The notes under the pieces were generated by a model that saw only the letters and a program-made list of their open reading frames with translations, was not told where the DNA came from and searched no databases. This document shows, in pieces, positions 36,926 through 50,608 of a stretch of 64,000 bases of DNA. Within the stretch, counting starts at the first letter, position 1. The number at the start of each line of letters is the position of its first letter. A program made the position numbers and the translations under genes. The DNA is from Octopus bimaculoides (taxonomy: Eukaryota), in contig NC_068987.1 in the NCBI RefSeq assembly GCF_001194135.2, positions 25,278,240 to 25,342,239 on the forward strand, read 5' to 3'.

Positions 36926-37697
36926 ATATATATATATACACATACACACTCACACATACGCATATACACAATAGAGGAACTTCAATATGTTGGAGACAAG
37001 AGGTTAAAATTGTCTATACTTCAATAAATTAACTATCTGGGTTACTTAACAGTAAATATACTGTAATGCAATTTCAAAATGCTAGACTTACCTAATTATT
37101 CGATAATTAGCATAAATGTAAATTAATTGCAATGCTGTTGCTGCTGCCACTGCTGCTGTTGTCCGTCCACCTCCGCATTCATCGTCGATGTCTATTGTAC
37201 TATTGCGATTTTAGAAATTGTTGTTGTTGTTGTTTAATCGCAAATCAACCTGTTTGAGGTCACCTATGATGAACGGTATTCTAAACGTTACCATCTTGTG
37301 TTATTTTTTTTTTAACACAGTGTTTCTGGAACAACATCGTCCAGTGTCTTCTTTATTTGGGGTGTTATTTCTTGAAAGCTAAACAACCATCTCGAGCAAG
37401 TGCGGGCAATCTTTATCGAGAAGCAGGTCGCAACAGACATTGTTCATCATCAGACGGACAGTACTACTAGAAAGAACAACAAATTATGCATGTTGTTATC
37501 CTCGTGAAATTAGGCATGCAATTCAAGTTTTCCTTCCAGTGGAGAGGGAAATGTGGCTATTATCTCTAGCATGCTGCGTGACCACAATCTCGTTTGGCCT
37601 TGTTAATGCTGAGATATGGCATGTCATAATCGCAATTTGGTGAAGGATTTCTTATTAGTCGGCCAATTATCTTAGCTGTTTACTTCTCCGGAATTTA

Positions 37698-37759
<62 letters not shown>

Positions 37760-38450
37760 CGTACATACACGTACGCACATTGGACACGTGTCTGAAACGG
37801 GTAAGCGTTTAACTTCATAATTTGGTACACAATCATAATGAGGGATTGAAAGAGCATATATATTCCTTAATGTAAGTTAGTCAGGGCAGTACCCATGGTA
37901 TTTACAGCCCTCCAAGATAAGTATAATTGATCTGACTGGTGCCTTGCCATATCACCTGCAGGGGAAAACATGGTGGAAAGTACGATACTGGCGTATGATC
38001 TAAATTCTTGCTGCAGACTGAATTCCGCTTCATACTTTCATAGCGAGTTTACAGAGTGGTGGGGGTTGCAATGTGAATGTTGTTTTTTTTAACCCGTTCA
38101 CTGTAAACTAATGTCTTTCAACCGTTTGATTCCTATTTTACTTGGCTAGATCTTCTTAGTCATTCGCTGTTTATGCACACACGAAACATTAATATCTGTC
38201 ATATGTAGAGAGAGACACACACAATCAAGAATCCCAAGTACAAAAGGAGGCCATTTTCTTTGAGATTTTATTTTCAAAATTTTTATTTAATATCACATTT
38301 ATTACCAATTTTATCTATTTCAAAAGTGAAGTTAATTCTAGCAGATTTAGAAATCGGAATCGAGTGCGTCAAAAGTAGGTACTGCAACATACATACATAC
38401 ATACATACATAATACATACATACATACATATACATATATATATATATATA

Positions 38451-38565
38451 CTTTATTTAAAAGCAGCAGAAATATAACAGAAAGCTGTTACTCAGAGTTT
38501 CACGTTCCTGTTCATCGGACAGTTTTGTTTCCACCTTGTTTCAACATTTATGTGCTTACTCCGGT
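38451..38565 (-). mobile_element. Short (115-bp) derivative of the 8697-9285 element, retaining the hammerhead
   Basis: 38451-38527 matches 8697-8775. 38530-38565 matches 9244-9285. Minus strand ctgt-CCGATGA-acaggaacgt-GAAA-ctctgagt-a-acag. Confidence 0.75.
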
Positions 38566-39361
38566 ATATATATATATATATATATATATANNNNNNNNNN
38601 NNNNNNNNNNNNNNNNNNNNNNNNNNNNNNNNNNNNNNNNNNNNNNNNNNNNNNNNNNNNNNNNNNNNNNNNNNNNNNNNNNNNNNNNNNNNNNNNNNNN
38701 NNNNNNNNNNNNNNNNNNNNNNNNNNNNNNNNNNNNNNNNNNNNNNNNNNNNNNNNNNNNNNNNNNNNNNNNNNNNNNNNNNNNNNNNNNNNNNNNNNNN
38801 NNNNNNNNNNNNNNNNNNNNNNNNNNNNNNNNNNNNNNNNNNNNNNNNNNNNNNNNNNNNNNNNNNNNNNNNNNNNNNNNNNNNNNNNNNNNNNNNNNNN
38901 NNNNNNNNNNNNNNNNNNNNNNNNNNNNNNNNNNNNNNNNNNNNNNNNNNNNNNNNNNNNNNNNNNNNNNNNNNNNNNNNNNNNNNNNNNNNNNNNNNNN
39001 NNNNNNNNNNNNNNNNNNNNNNNNNNNNNNNNNNNNNNNNNNNNNNNNNNNNNNNNNNNNNNNNNNNNNNNNNNNNNNNNNNNNNNNNNNNNNNNNNNNN
39101 NNNNNNNNNNNNNNNNNNNNNNNNNNNNNNNNNNNNNNNNNNNNNNNNNNNNNNNNNNNNNNNNNNNNNNNNNNNNNNNNNNNNNNNNNNNNNNNNNNNN
39201 NNNNNNNNNNNNNNNNNNNNNNNNNNNNNNNNNNNNNNNNNNNNNNNNNNNNNNNNNNNNNNNNNNNNNNNNNNNNNNNNNNNNNNNNNNNNNNNNNNNN
39301 NNNNNNNNNNNNNNNNNNNNNNNNNNNNNNNNNNNNNNNNNNNNNNNNNNNNNNNNNNNNN

Positions 39362-39406
<45 letters not shown>

Positions 39407-40052
39407 CATTGTACTTTCTGCTACTTGAGCCAACGCCCGCCATCACTGTAGCTGTTGCCGCAAACGTCAAGCCTTGACGTTGATATTAAGTTTCTGTGTC
39501 GGTTTTAAGTGGGTCTTAAGAGAGTTGCGTTGCTTATACGGGGAGTACAGCAATGTTTGTATAGAGGAGAGATACGTCATAGGCGAGTGCATCTAGATGT
39601 TGTTACATGCATACATACATACATGCATGCATACATACATACATGCATGCATACATACATACATACATACATACATACATACAGACAGACAGACCAACTG
39701 GTGCTCACTCACACCAACCTGTGTAAATGTGAACACTATATATATATATATANNNNNNNNNNNNNNNNNNNNNNNNNNNNNNNNNNNNNNNNNNNNNNNN
39801 NNNNNNNNNNNNNNNNNNNNNNNNNNNNNNNNNNNNNNNNNNNNNNNNNNNNNNNNNNNNNNNNNNNNNNNNNNNNNNNNNNNNNNNNNNNNNNNNNNNN
39901 NNNNNNNNNNNNNNNNNNNNNNNNNNNNNNNNNNNNNNNNNNNNNNNNNNNNNNNNNNNNNNNNNNNNNNNNNNNNNNNNNNNNNNNNNNNNNNNNNNNN
40001 NNNNNNNNNNNNNNNNNNNNNNNNNNNNNNNNNNNNNNNNNNNNNNNNNNNN

Positions 40053-40097
<45 letters not shown>

Positions 40098-40639
40098 TAT
40101 ATTGCTCTCTATCAATACACAGTGTGCATTTGTGTATGAGTATGTGTGTATGTGCAGAGTGGTGCATGTCTATGTTCATATGTACAAATGCATACACTCA
40201 TACGCACATATATGTGTGCGCCTATACAGATAAGTTGAAGAATACACACACCACAGAAATAGGTATGTACACACAGAAACTGAGATCCCAGTTGTTGTCA
40301 GTAGTATATGAGAAAACAGACAGTGCAACTACCACAATCTCCTAAAAAAGAAGAGCATGTTATATTTTACATAATGTAGGCCATGTTGTTACGTCATGGT
40401 GCTGATTACACGTGGTTCGTTACTGTTTTAGCTTGGTGGTAATTAATTCCAGAGCTGCAGCAAGACTATACGGCCGGCGGTGTGTGTATGTGTGTGTGTG
40501 TGTAAGTGTGTGTATTTTTATACCTACACTTGCATATGAATGCACATATATGTATGTATGTGTGTGTGTAAATAAAATTGTACATATTTATGCATATATA
40601 TTCATATATGCTTGTATACAGATACACACGTATGTAGAT

Positions 40640-40848
40640 AGATAGATAGATAGATAGATAGGTAGGTAGATAGGTAGGTAGATAGATTGATAGATAGGTA
40701 GATTGATAGATAGGTAGATTGATAGATAGGTAGATTGATAGATAGGTAGATTGATAGATAGGTAGATTGATAGATAGGTAGATTGATAGATAGGTAGATA
40801 GATAGGTAGATTGATAGATAGATAGATAGGTAGATTGATAGATAGATA
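40640..40848. repeat. GATA-derived minisatellite with a 16-bp unit (gtagattgatagatag)
   Basis: Unit repeated about 7 times from about 40698 within a (GATA)/(GGTA) field, ending in an N-gap. Confidence 0.9.
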
Positions 40849-40978
40849 NNNNNNNNNNNNNNNNNNNNNNNNNNNNNNNNNNNNNNNNNNNNNNNNNNNN
40901 NNNNNNNNNNNNNNNNNNNNNNNNNNNNNNNNNNNNNNNNNNNNNNNNNNNNNNNNNNNNNNNNNNNNNNNNNNNNNN

Positions 40979-41033
<55 letters not shown>

Positions 41034-43267
41034 ATGGTTCATCTCCTTTTTAAAAAGTCGGAGGTGAATGGATGTTGCAGTACAAACTGAAATGTTCCTT
41101 GCCTTTTACTTTTAATTATATACCATGCCTTGTTTAAGTGATGACTCAAGAGATTTAACAATCATATTGAAGTTGAGAGATAGCGAAAAGAAAAAGGAAG
41201 AGAATTAGAAAAAGGTAGCAAGGAAAAAGCACTACGATGTCAATATAACTGAAAACAAAGATTTAAAAAAAATTCATAGTCTCTTTCTTAGGTTTACAGT
41301 TGCCTCACTTTGTAGCCTTTGTTACAGATCTTTCGTACTCCACGTGGTTATTTGCATGTTGGAAAGCAAGTATGACAGTCACTGTGTAGTTGGGTTGTTG
41401 GTGTTGGTGGTGTTGTGTAAGCCTTAAGTGAGTCTCGATCGAGCAGACCTTTCACACCTTTATTGAAAGATGTTTTGGCCGTGTTTATTCTGCCTATTTT
41501 GCATATCTACGTCGAGGTGAACCAAACCAGTCCTGGGTATAACTTTGAGCTTTATCCAGTGGTGGTGTCCTCGTCCGGGAGTTCCAAGGTTTTGAGGAGT
41601 GTGGAACCACCTCTTAGCCACTATTGTTCCCAAGTCTGCACTGACTCAGAGTAGTAGTAACACCTGTTAGGGACTTAAGTCTGGGTCAATTAGCTTATTG
41701 GGTCTTCCCTACCTACGCATGTGACGACTGGATCCGGTGGACATAGCGAGGGCAACCTTCGTGGTTCAACTGAAGCTAAAGTGGATACAGTAATACATTG
41801 TGAAGTGCAGACAGCAAGTAAGACATCTTGGTCATCCACTGCATTATTGCATCTGTCCCCATCCTCAGTTGTCTTAGCCTGATTTTGCTTCTGGAAAAAC
41901 AATGCTCACAAACAAGAGAGCGAGGTTGACATTGCGCAACTCTTCACTTTTAACTTTTTAAGTAGTGCAGCCCACCTGAATATGAGCCATGTCTCATGAA
42001 ACCCGTTTTCCGAAAAAGGTAGCCCATGCCTGATCTAAATAGTGAATTGTCAGTCTACTTTAACGGTTTCTAGGTTTCAATAATAATTCTCATTGCTCTG
42101 TTGTGTTATTGGTCAGTCTCATGTTCTGTCCCATGGACTGTTTCATGTTCTATTCATCTGGTTGCTGAGCCAGTAAGAACGAGAGATCAACGCAGGAATT
42201 GTTACATGAAAATAGAAACATTTACTGGCATACGTTTTTTGCATTCAGTATTTGTTCTTAGTTTCGAATTTGTTTAATCGTGATCTGATTGTCGTCGGGT
42301 TTACGTATTACAATTAAAACTATAACCTGGGTTCTTAACTCATTTAATTATATATTTCACAATGGGCTGAGACTTTCGAGTTCCTCGCTCACAATTTCTT
42401 ATTCATGTTTCGCCATAAGTGAGATGGAAATTCAATTTACTTTTAACCTCGCCATGGCCTGGAAATATAACCATGGATATATTATGAGGAACAATACTAT
42501 CAAGATTGGTAGTCACACAAACTATTGCAAAGACCCAATCTTCGAGATCACTTATCTGTCATAAATAAAGATGAATATTGTTTGTTTAGCTTCTGTTCAA
42601 CCCTGACTGATCAAAGATCTGCTTAATCAGAGCTCACCTGGGATTAAACTACCAATACAGCTTCCTACCTGTATTGGTTGTTTAATAAAAGCCAATGAAA
42701 TTCATAAACAATCATAACTTGCTTTAGATTAACATATATATCATAGCCATGCCCTTTATTTTGTAGGATGTGTAGATCTAAAACTACGTTATTCAGGGTG
42801 CCTTGCTTTTTAGATAGTAGAGAGTAATTTGATTTGAGGAAGATTCGGTTGATATTCATTGTAGCTCAAGCATACTACGTAGCGACCCTTTCGTTAGCTC
42901 TTTGTAACGACGACGATGATGATATAGAATACTCGCGACTTAGTAATTATAGTTATTTCTCACATTGGCGCAACACAACACAAATGTGGTGGAATAATCA
43001 ATGAAATCAACTAAACATTATTAATCGTTTTAGTGATGAAAACAATGTAAAGAATTCATTCTAGTGGAAAAGAAAAGATAGTACGTCGCTACTGCTTCAT
43101 ATTATTCACGAAAGAAGAATGAAAGGTGAAATAGATTTTGGCGTGGTTTGAACTCAGACCGTAAAGAGCCAGAACAAATACTGCAAGTAGTTTTTTTTTT
43201 TCTGATACTCTAACGATTCTAGGTATGCATCGTGCTCTGCCGACTTAAAAATAATTACTATCATATG

Positions 43268-43650
43268 AGTGGAGGTGCAATGGCCCAGTGGTTAGGGCAG
43301 CGGACTCGCGGTTATAGGATCGCGGTTTCGATTCCCAGACCGGGCGTTGTGAGTGTTTATTGAGCGAAAACACCTAAAAGCTCCACGGGGCTCCGGCAGA
43401 GGATGGTGGTGAACCCTGCTGTACACTTTCACCACAACTTTCTCTCACTTTTACTTCCTGTTTCTGTTGTGCCTGTAATTCAAAGGGTCAGCCTTGTCAC
43501 ACTGTGTCACGCTGAATATCCCCGAGAACTACGTTATGAGTACACGTGTCAGTGGTGTGCTCAGCCACTTGCACTTTAATTTCACGAGCAGGCTGTTCCG
43601 CTGATCGGATCAACTGGAACCCTCGACGTCGTAAGCGACGGAGTGCCAAC
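43268..43650 (+). mobile_element. SINE family A, full length, 11-bp TSD
   Basis: TSD actatcatatg at 43257-67 and 43651-61. Confidence 0.96.
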
Positions 43651-44009
43651 ACTATCATATGCTCAAGCTCAAAAATTTGACTCGAGGGGAACAGGGAATC
43701 AGATCGATCTCAATACTTGACTGATAATTTTATTTTATCTATCTCGGAAGGATGAAAGCTGAAGTAGACGAGATTGAATGTAAAGAACGAAGTAATACAG
43801 CAAGACTTTTTTTTTATCGTCTCTCTAACGATTCTGCCATTGCACTGCTCTCTACCCTCTTAGCAATCATATCCTGATATATAAAAATGAATGTTCCAAG
43901 TTGTAAGCCAGAGTTTTATACGATTATAGTTGAAAGTTTTTCAAAAGGACAAATCTTTTCATGTGATAATCGCGTCTTCGTTATACATCTATATATTTAT
44001 TTATCTATT

Positions 44010-44322
44010 CCGGCTTTACGTTCAGAGTTCAAATGCTGCCTAGGTCGACTTTCCTATCATTTCGGGGTACATAAAATGAATACCAGTTGCGCATTGAGGT
44101 CAATATAATCGATTAGACTCCCCTCTAAATAATATAGGCACAAGGCCTGAAATCTTTATTAGCAGCATTTCGTCCGTCTTTATGTTCTGAGTTCCGCCGA
44201 GATCGACTTTGCCTTCCATCTTCTCGGAGTTGATAAAATAATTACAACGAGGTCGATGAAATCGACTTGCTGCTCACCACCCACTTAAATTTCAAGCCTC
44301 GTGCCTAGAGTAGAAAGGATTA
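44010..44322 (+). mobile_element. Two adjacent 5'-truncated family B fragments
   Basis: About 44010-44125 and 44161-44322, each with the gtcgacttt..catc..gataaaat core; the second ends gtgcctagagtagaaagga. Confidence 0.75.
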
Positions 44323-44402
44323 TTTATTTATTTATTTATTTTGCATATCTTGAACTCTCTGAAATTCTTTTGAAGCAACAAATCCGGATCAAATTTTATT
44401 GT

Positions 44403-44620
44403 TTTACTTGTTTCAGCGTTTTTTTTTTTTTTTACTGTATCCATGTTGGAACACTGCCTTAAACGGTTTTAGTCGAACAAATTGACCCTAGGACTTATTA
44501 TTTTAAGCCTAGTTCTTATTCTATCGGTCATTTCTACTGAACCGCTAAGTTACGCGAACTTAATCACAACATGGATTGCTAAGCAGTGATGATGGTGGTG
44601 GTGGGGGCAAACACAGACAC
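44403..44620 (-). mobile_element. SINE family C 3' half
   Basis: tttacttgtttcag...ttattctatcggtc...gaaccgctaagttacg...ggggcaaacacagacac. Confidence 0.8.
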
Positions 44621-45357
44621 AAAGATATACACACACACATATACATATATACACATATACATAATATAATATCATTATACACACACACACACACANNNNN
44701 NNNNNNNNNNNNNNNNNNNNNNNNNNNNNNNNNNNNNNNNNNNNNNNNNNNNNNNNNNNNNNNNNNNNNNNNNNNNNNNNNNNNNNNNNNNNNNNNNNNN
44801 NNNNNNNNNNNNNNNNNNNNNNNNNNNNNNNNNNNNNNNNNNNNNNNNNNNNNNNNNNNNNNNNNNNNNNNNNNNNNNNNNNNNNNNNNNNNNNNNNNNN
44901 NNNNNNNNNNNNNNNNNNNNNNNNNNNNNNNNNNNNNNNNNNNNNNNNNNNNNNNNNNNNNNNNNNNNNNNNNNNNNNNNNNNNNNNNNNNNNNNNNNNN
45001 NNNNNNNNNNNNNNNNNNNNNNNNNNNNNNNNNNNNNNNNNNNNNNNNNNNNNNNNNNNNNNNNNNNNNNNNNNNNNNNNNNNNNNNNNNNNNNNNNNNN
45101 NNNNAAATTAAATACGATTTTTCAACATATAATATTGTTTGAAATAGATTAAAAATTCCTTTCTTGGTCGAGTAATACAAGTTTATACATTGACGTTGTT
45201 GCATGTCCTTGACTATATTACAGCACAATTGAATCTATGAATGACATTTGATACGAACTTTACCCAACGTATTTTAATGTCATCAACTGGTGACTGTATC
45301 GCATTCTCAGGTCAGCTGATCGCTATGTGACTCTTCTCTGTAATTTAAAGAAGCCCG

Positions 45358-45406
<49 letters not shown>

Positions 45407-46269
45407 CACGCCAAGGCAAAGCAATGAAACACGTTACACGCACGCTGATGTGTGTGTAACAAGTCTTGACTCTGCGTAATAATTGTAAACGAGTGCCACC
45501 ACGCAAGCGGTGTCCTTTGTTTCCAGAGGACTTGTGAAAGCACAGTACCTTTTGCGCAGTTAATATAAACATTTAGCCATGTCAGTGCGTGTATGAATAT
45601 GAGTGTAAATGAATGCTACTTAAAAGAATTGCTAATTTATTTGTAAAGTATTTTAATGACATCAACACTAAAACAAATTTGAGGGGCATCACCACTCATC
45701 TTACCAGTACTGAGGTAACATACAATACAATTCCTTGCGAATCGATATAAGGCAAAGACCGAGTTAGCGATACTATTTGTCTTTTAGAGACAGCGGTCAG
45801 CTGCTGAAAAGCGACATTGGCTTGTCTGTCCTCATGTAGACACCAGTGAGTCTGGGTTTGAGACGTACGGCCTTGGCGCGACATTAGTTTAGGAACGTGT
45901 GCTCTAATGGTGAGTATTCTGCTATCTGGCTTGACTGGGGGCCGCCTAGTGTGATGATGGCGATGATGTATACATGTTTGTGAGTGGGTTATTAAAAAGT
46001 GCATTTTGCGCACTACTTATGAAATCATATTATATGCAGCTGAGTCTGGTTTTAAAAGGCTCGCTTCGAGAGTTGCATTCCCTTGCGTTCGGTACAATGT
46101 GTTTATTAAGAGTCCCTCCTAGCGTGAGGCAATTATGTATGGTAATGCCCTTAATATAATATATTGTTTCATATAGTACACTGTTCACGTTTTGTCACAG
46201 ACTGCTTGAAGCTTACAAACTTCCTACACATGGATCCCTGGATCTTACCCTTGTATTATGATTATATAT

Positions 46270-46602
46270 ATAAAGCTTGGTCGTTGTCGTCAAGCTGATA
46301 CGATCTGGTAGCTTGTACCGTACTTTCGCTAATTATCCTAAGTGTTTCTGTAGTCTCGAGCAGACATGACCATTCTCTCGAACGTCCCCTCCACCACTCA
46401 TGACCTAGCGGAACATCAAGGATGTGAGAGCTAGAGGGTGAGATGCTGTACCGGCCTTGTACTCCTTTTTAGTTAAGTAGAATGGCGCAACATGAAATGA
46501 TGCGCCTTGTTCTAGGACACAACGCGCCACTCTGTTCAGAGATCCAACCCCCGACATTACGATCACTATCTCAAAGCAGTAACCACTAGGCGACGAGCCT
46601 TC
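46270..46602 (-). mobile_element. Old CORE-like SINE (head like 34283-34605, different tail)
   Basis: Minus strand tgaaggctcgtcgcctagtggttac...ggcgcgttgtgtcctagaacaaggcgc; the 3' part is not similar to the family A tail. Confidence 0.55.
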
Positions 46603-47150
46603 AAATATATACATTGTCATCCAGGCAAACATGCACACACATTCACACACGCATAAGAGTAATGTTAAAGTGTAGTCTCAACTTGTTTTACTACATCAAC
46701 TATGCTGTTACTATCAAGTTTTCATGCGACAGTCTTCCTTGAGTATTTTCTCCTCCGTTATTCTATTAATTTATAAGGCGCTCTATGTTCATTCACTCGA
46801 CTCTTTTATACTTCTTTAGCTATTCTAAAATCTGTAGCAGTATTTAAACTATATGTGGCTGATGATGTCTAATAAGACTAAAAAATGTCGCGAGTTGTCA
46901 CCTTATTGCTAGAAATTAGACTTGCGCCCCTTTGCATTCCATATTTAATTTTAGTTATATTTTGGGAATTGTCTTTCCCGCGTTATTTATTTATTCAACC
47001 ACAATTAATCTTTTCGATTATGATTGTTTCTCATCACGAAGGCTGTGATTGAAATTAATTATTTCTCTCATCAAATGTGTTGCCACCTAATTTACATTTG
47101 ATACATGCCTCTGTGAAAGAGTGTATATATGCATGGGTTTATGTATACAG

Positions 47151-47193
<43 letters not shown>

Positions 47194-47228
47194 GTGTATG
47201 AATGAATGTATGCATGTAGGTAGGTAAG

Positions 47229-47298
<70 letters not shown>

Positions 47299-48527
47299 TG
47301 TTTAATCTCATCTTGTATCTAGTGACCTTCTGCTCACCTCAGCTCGCACAGCGAGAAGGAATGTTTGCTGTAAAACATGTTTCTATTAAATTATAACGAA
47401 GTGGCTGGTGGGAAGTGACAGTTAGCTTGCTAGCTAGCATAGGTAGACACGATACAACAGTAACAACAAAACACACGTTCACTGCTCTTCATCGCTTTCA
47501 TTTCCTACCAGATTTGTCATCAGTATACAACTAAGGTGTATGGCAAAATCAGTAGAGCACTCAAAATATTCATTTACCTCCCTTTACTGTCAAGTCTCAC
47601 TGTGGTCGACTTCGTGGTTCATCCTTTTGAGATTGTTGTTTAGTCTTCAGATCTTGCTTAGGTCAACAGCGGAATCGTTCGAACGTCTGAAAAGTGTCTT
47701 GCAGGATTGGTTCAGGCACTTTACATACATCATATTATGGACCAAAAATAATTTGTTATAACTGGAGTTACACCAGTGTTGAAAGGTTGAGAAAAAAAAA
47801 TCATTAGCGTTAATGACAATTTTTATCAAAACAGACAACGGTGACAAATCGGATATTCTAATGAATTAAACATTAAATAGCAACATTAAGAGTTTGTGAT
47901 GTAATGTGAAAATAACTCTGGATATGTTACAGACTTAGATCTCCTAATAAAAACAGTTTTACAAAAAGCAGATAGATTGATATTTGTATTGCGCAATATG
48001 ATATTTGGGAAGGCTGGCAATTGGTACAACTGCTACAAATCGTAAGAAAAGCGAGGAAAGAAATTCCTTAACTTAAAGCATCTATATTCAGAATGTCAGA
48101 CTTTACATAATAATTGGCGTAGAATAGAGGAAGGAAATCAATGGCAAGCAACAGGTGGAATTGTGTAAAGACTGCTGGTAGGTCAATATTGTAAATGTTA
48201 TAGAATTTTAGAGCGCGCGCGCGAGTGTGCTTGAGGGGTGGGGTGTAGTGGATATGTCTTTTACTAGCTGTGGTGGGTATCGAGGTGTTACTCCATGCTT
48301 CTATTGCAGATTATTAATGTGTTAAAGAGTCAGGAAATTATGGCAACCGGCTTTAAACGTTTAATTAGTTTCTCGTTCTGGCAGACATTGTAAAAATGAT
48401 GGAATGTATTATAAGGATATATGCCAAATTTGAAATCGGAGCTACAATACTAACCAATTATTTATGATATTTTCAGTTTATTCATGCAGTTTCAGGATAC
48501 CACTCCCACTGCCACCACAATTACTAA

Positions 48528-48567
<40 letters not shown>

Positions 48568-48753
48568 AACAACAATAATAGGTTTTATATTGGACGGAAA
48601 AGCAGTAAATTAGGTGAAGCGGAAGAGCGCCGAACTAAATGCCTTATATAATTTCGTCTCCTACGTTTATATTCTGAGTTCATATCGCCCCAGACTCGGA
48701 CTTTTAAATAAAGCAGTCAAATTTCCCTGAAGCTACACTTTACTGTTTTAAAA

Positions 48754-49140
48754 TTGTTGTTGTTGGCACTCCGTCGCTTACGACGTCGAGGGTTCCAGTT
48801 GATCCGATCAACAGAACAGCCTGCTCGTCAAATTAACATGCAAGTGGCTGAGCACTCCACAGACACGTGTACCCTTAACGTAGTTCTCGGGGATATTCAA
48901 CGTGACACAGTATGACAAGGCTGACCCTTTGAATTACAGGCACAACAGAAACAGGAAGTAAGAATGAGAGAAAGCTGTGGTGGAAGAGTACAGCAGGGTT
49001 CGCCACCATCCGCTGCCGGGGCCTCGTGGAACTTTAGGTGTTTTCGCTCAATAAACACTCACAACGCCCTGTCTGGGAATCGAAACCACGATCCTATGAC
49101 TGCGAGTCCGCTGCCCTAACCACTGGACCATTGCGCCTCC
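48754..49140 (-). mobile_element. SINE family A, full length, 12-bp TSD, (CAA)n tail
   Basis: TSD actgttttaaaa at 48742-53 and 49141-52. Confidence 0.96.
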
Positions 49141-49441
49141 ACTGTTTTAAAACAGGAAGGGCACATCGTACGACGTCGTCTTCAATATACAAAAAGAAAG
49201 AAAAAAATGATGAGATTGTGATGGGTAGAACACTTTCAATGAACGGTTTGCTCGATCATTTGAAGACAAGAATTCAGTCGTTCGATCAATTGAGTTGCTT
49301 GCTCATTGAATTAACATCTGAGTGAATGAATATTCCTCGAACACTTGTACCTTTAAAGTAATTCTTAGGCAGGGTCAGTGTGACACAGTGTGCACCAAGA
49401 TTATACCTTTTTTGAATTACATGTACTATCAATTCGATGAG

Positions 49442-49766
49442 TAGAGGCGCAATGGCCCAGTGGTTAGGGCAGCAGACTCGCGGTCGGAGCATCGCTCTTT
49501 CGATTCTCAGACCGGGCGTTGTGTGTGTTTATTGAGCGAAAACACCTAAAGCTCCACAAGGCTCCAGCAGGGGGTTGGTGGCGACCCCTATTGTACTCTT
49601 TCGCCCCAACTTTCTTTCACTCTTTCTTCCGGTTTCTTGAGTAAAGCTGCGATGGACTGGCGGCCCGTCCTGCTGGGGGGTGGGGAACACACACGCCATA
49701 GAAACCGGGAAACCGGACCCATGAGCCTGGGTATGCTTTAAAAGGGCGCATAAATAAATAATAAAA
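49442..49766 (+). mobile_element. SINE with family A head and body but a different 3' tail; 14-bp TSD
   Basis: Matches family A to about 49630, then gctgcgatggactggcggcccgtcc...gaaaccgggaaaccgg...taaataaataataaaa. TSD atcaattcgatgag at 49428-41 and 49767-80. Confidence 0.92.
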
Positions 49767-50357
49767 ATCAATTCGATGAGCTTCTAGATAGCTCCCGTTT
49801 ACTCAATTTCTCTCACAAGGTATGGGTCGGCCTAAAGAAATAAAAGAATAACGTTTGCTCAAGGTTCCACAATGTGGGATCGAAATCGAGACTTTGTGGT
49901 TGTGATGCAAACTTCTTAACCATACGGCGCCTGAGTGATCTTATTACTCTGTAGATAACTTCAATAACTCCATTATAAATAAATAGCGGATAATTAGTTA
50001 ATGTTTGGAATTGAGTACAGCTAACCTTTACATGAACGTCCATTAAGTTCATTTATCGTCCATTGTCAGCTTTATAGATTTTCCACCTCATTACAAAGTC
50101 TGTGCTGCTGCTACTTTTGTTGTTGTTGTTGGTAGTTGTAATAGTCGTTGTGGTGGTGGTGGTGGTGGTAGTAGTAGTAGTAGTATTTCTTGTAGTTGGT
50201 GGTGGTGTTGATGTTGATGTTAGTAGTAATAGTATTTCTTGTTGTTTCAACCCAGGTCAGCCCTACTTTCGATCAGATCTTTGATGGTCGAAGTCACTCC
50301 AGCTATGGCTATCCTGTCTGCTTTCGAACACTGTATACTGCAGATTATATTGCTTAA

Positions 50358-50608
50358 CCCTTGCCTGTCCAAAGCATGGTCTGGTTGGAGACCCAGCCTT
50401 CCGAGTTCTTTTACGGGGCTTAGAAAAACTGAAGGACCGCTGCTTGTTTTCACACTTTTAGTTATCCCGTGTTTAATACCTTTGGAGTTATATACAGATT
50501 TCCGTTGATAAGTAGTTGAAAAAAATTGGGCATGTTTGTCATTTGTGATGCATGGACGCCAGGGAAATATATCCAGTGCATCACGTGATACAAAAGACAG
50601 GCAACTGG
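50358..50608. mobile_element. piggyBac-like MITE candidate carrying a 68-bp mariner fragment
   Basis: ttaa|cccttgcctgtcc ... gacaggcaactgg|ctaa. The body is homologous to 59575-59758, which ends ggacaggcaaaagg|ttaa. 50376-50443 is nearly identical to 53250-53317. Confidence 0.5.

Noticed and set aside
41690-41902. Minus-strand ORF with a plausible acceptor and donor
   Set aside because: Peptide not recognisable, similar-quality open frames exist on the plus strand, and splice signals are only moderate.
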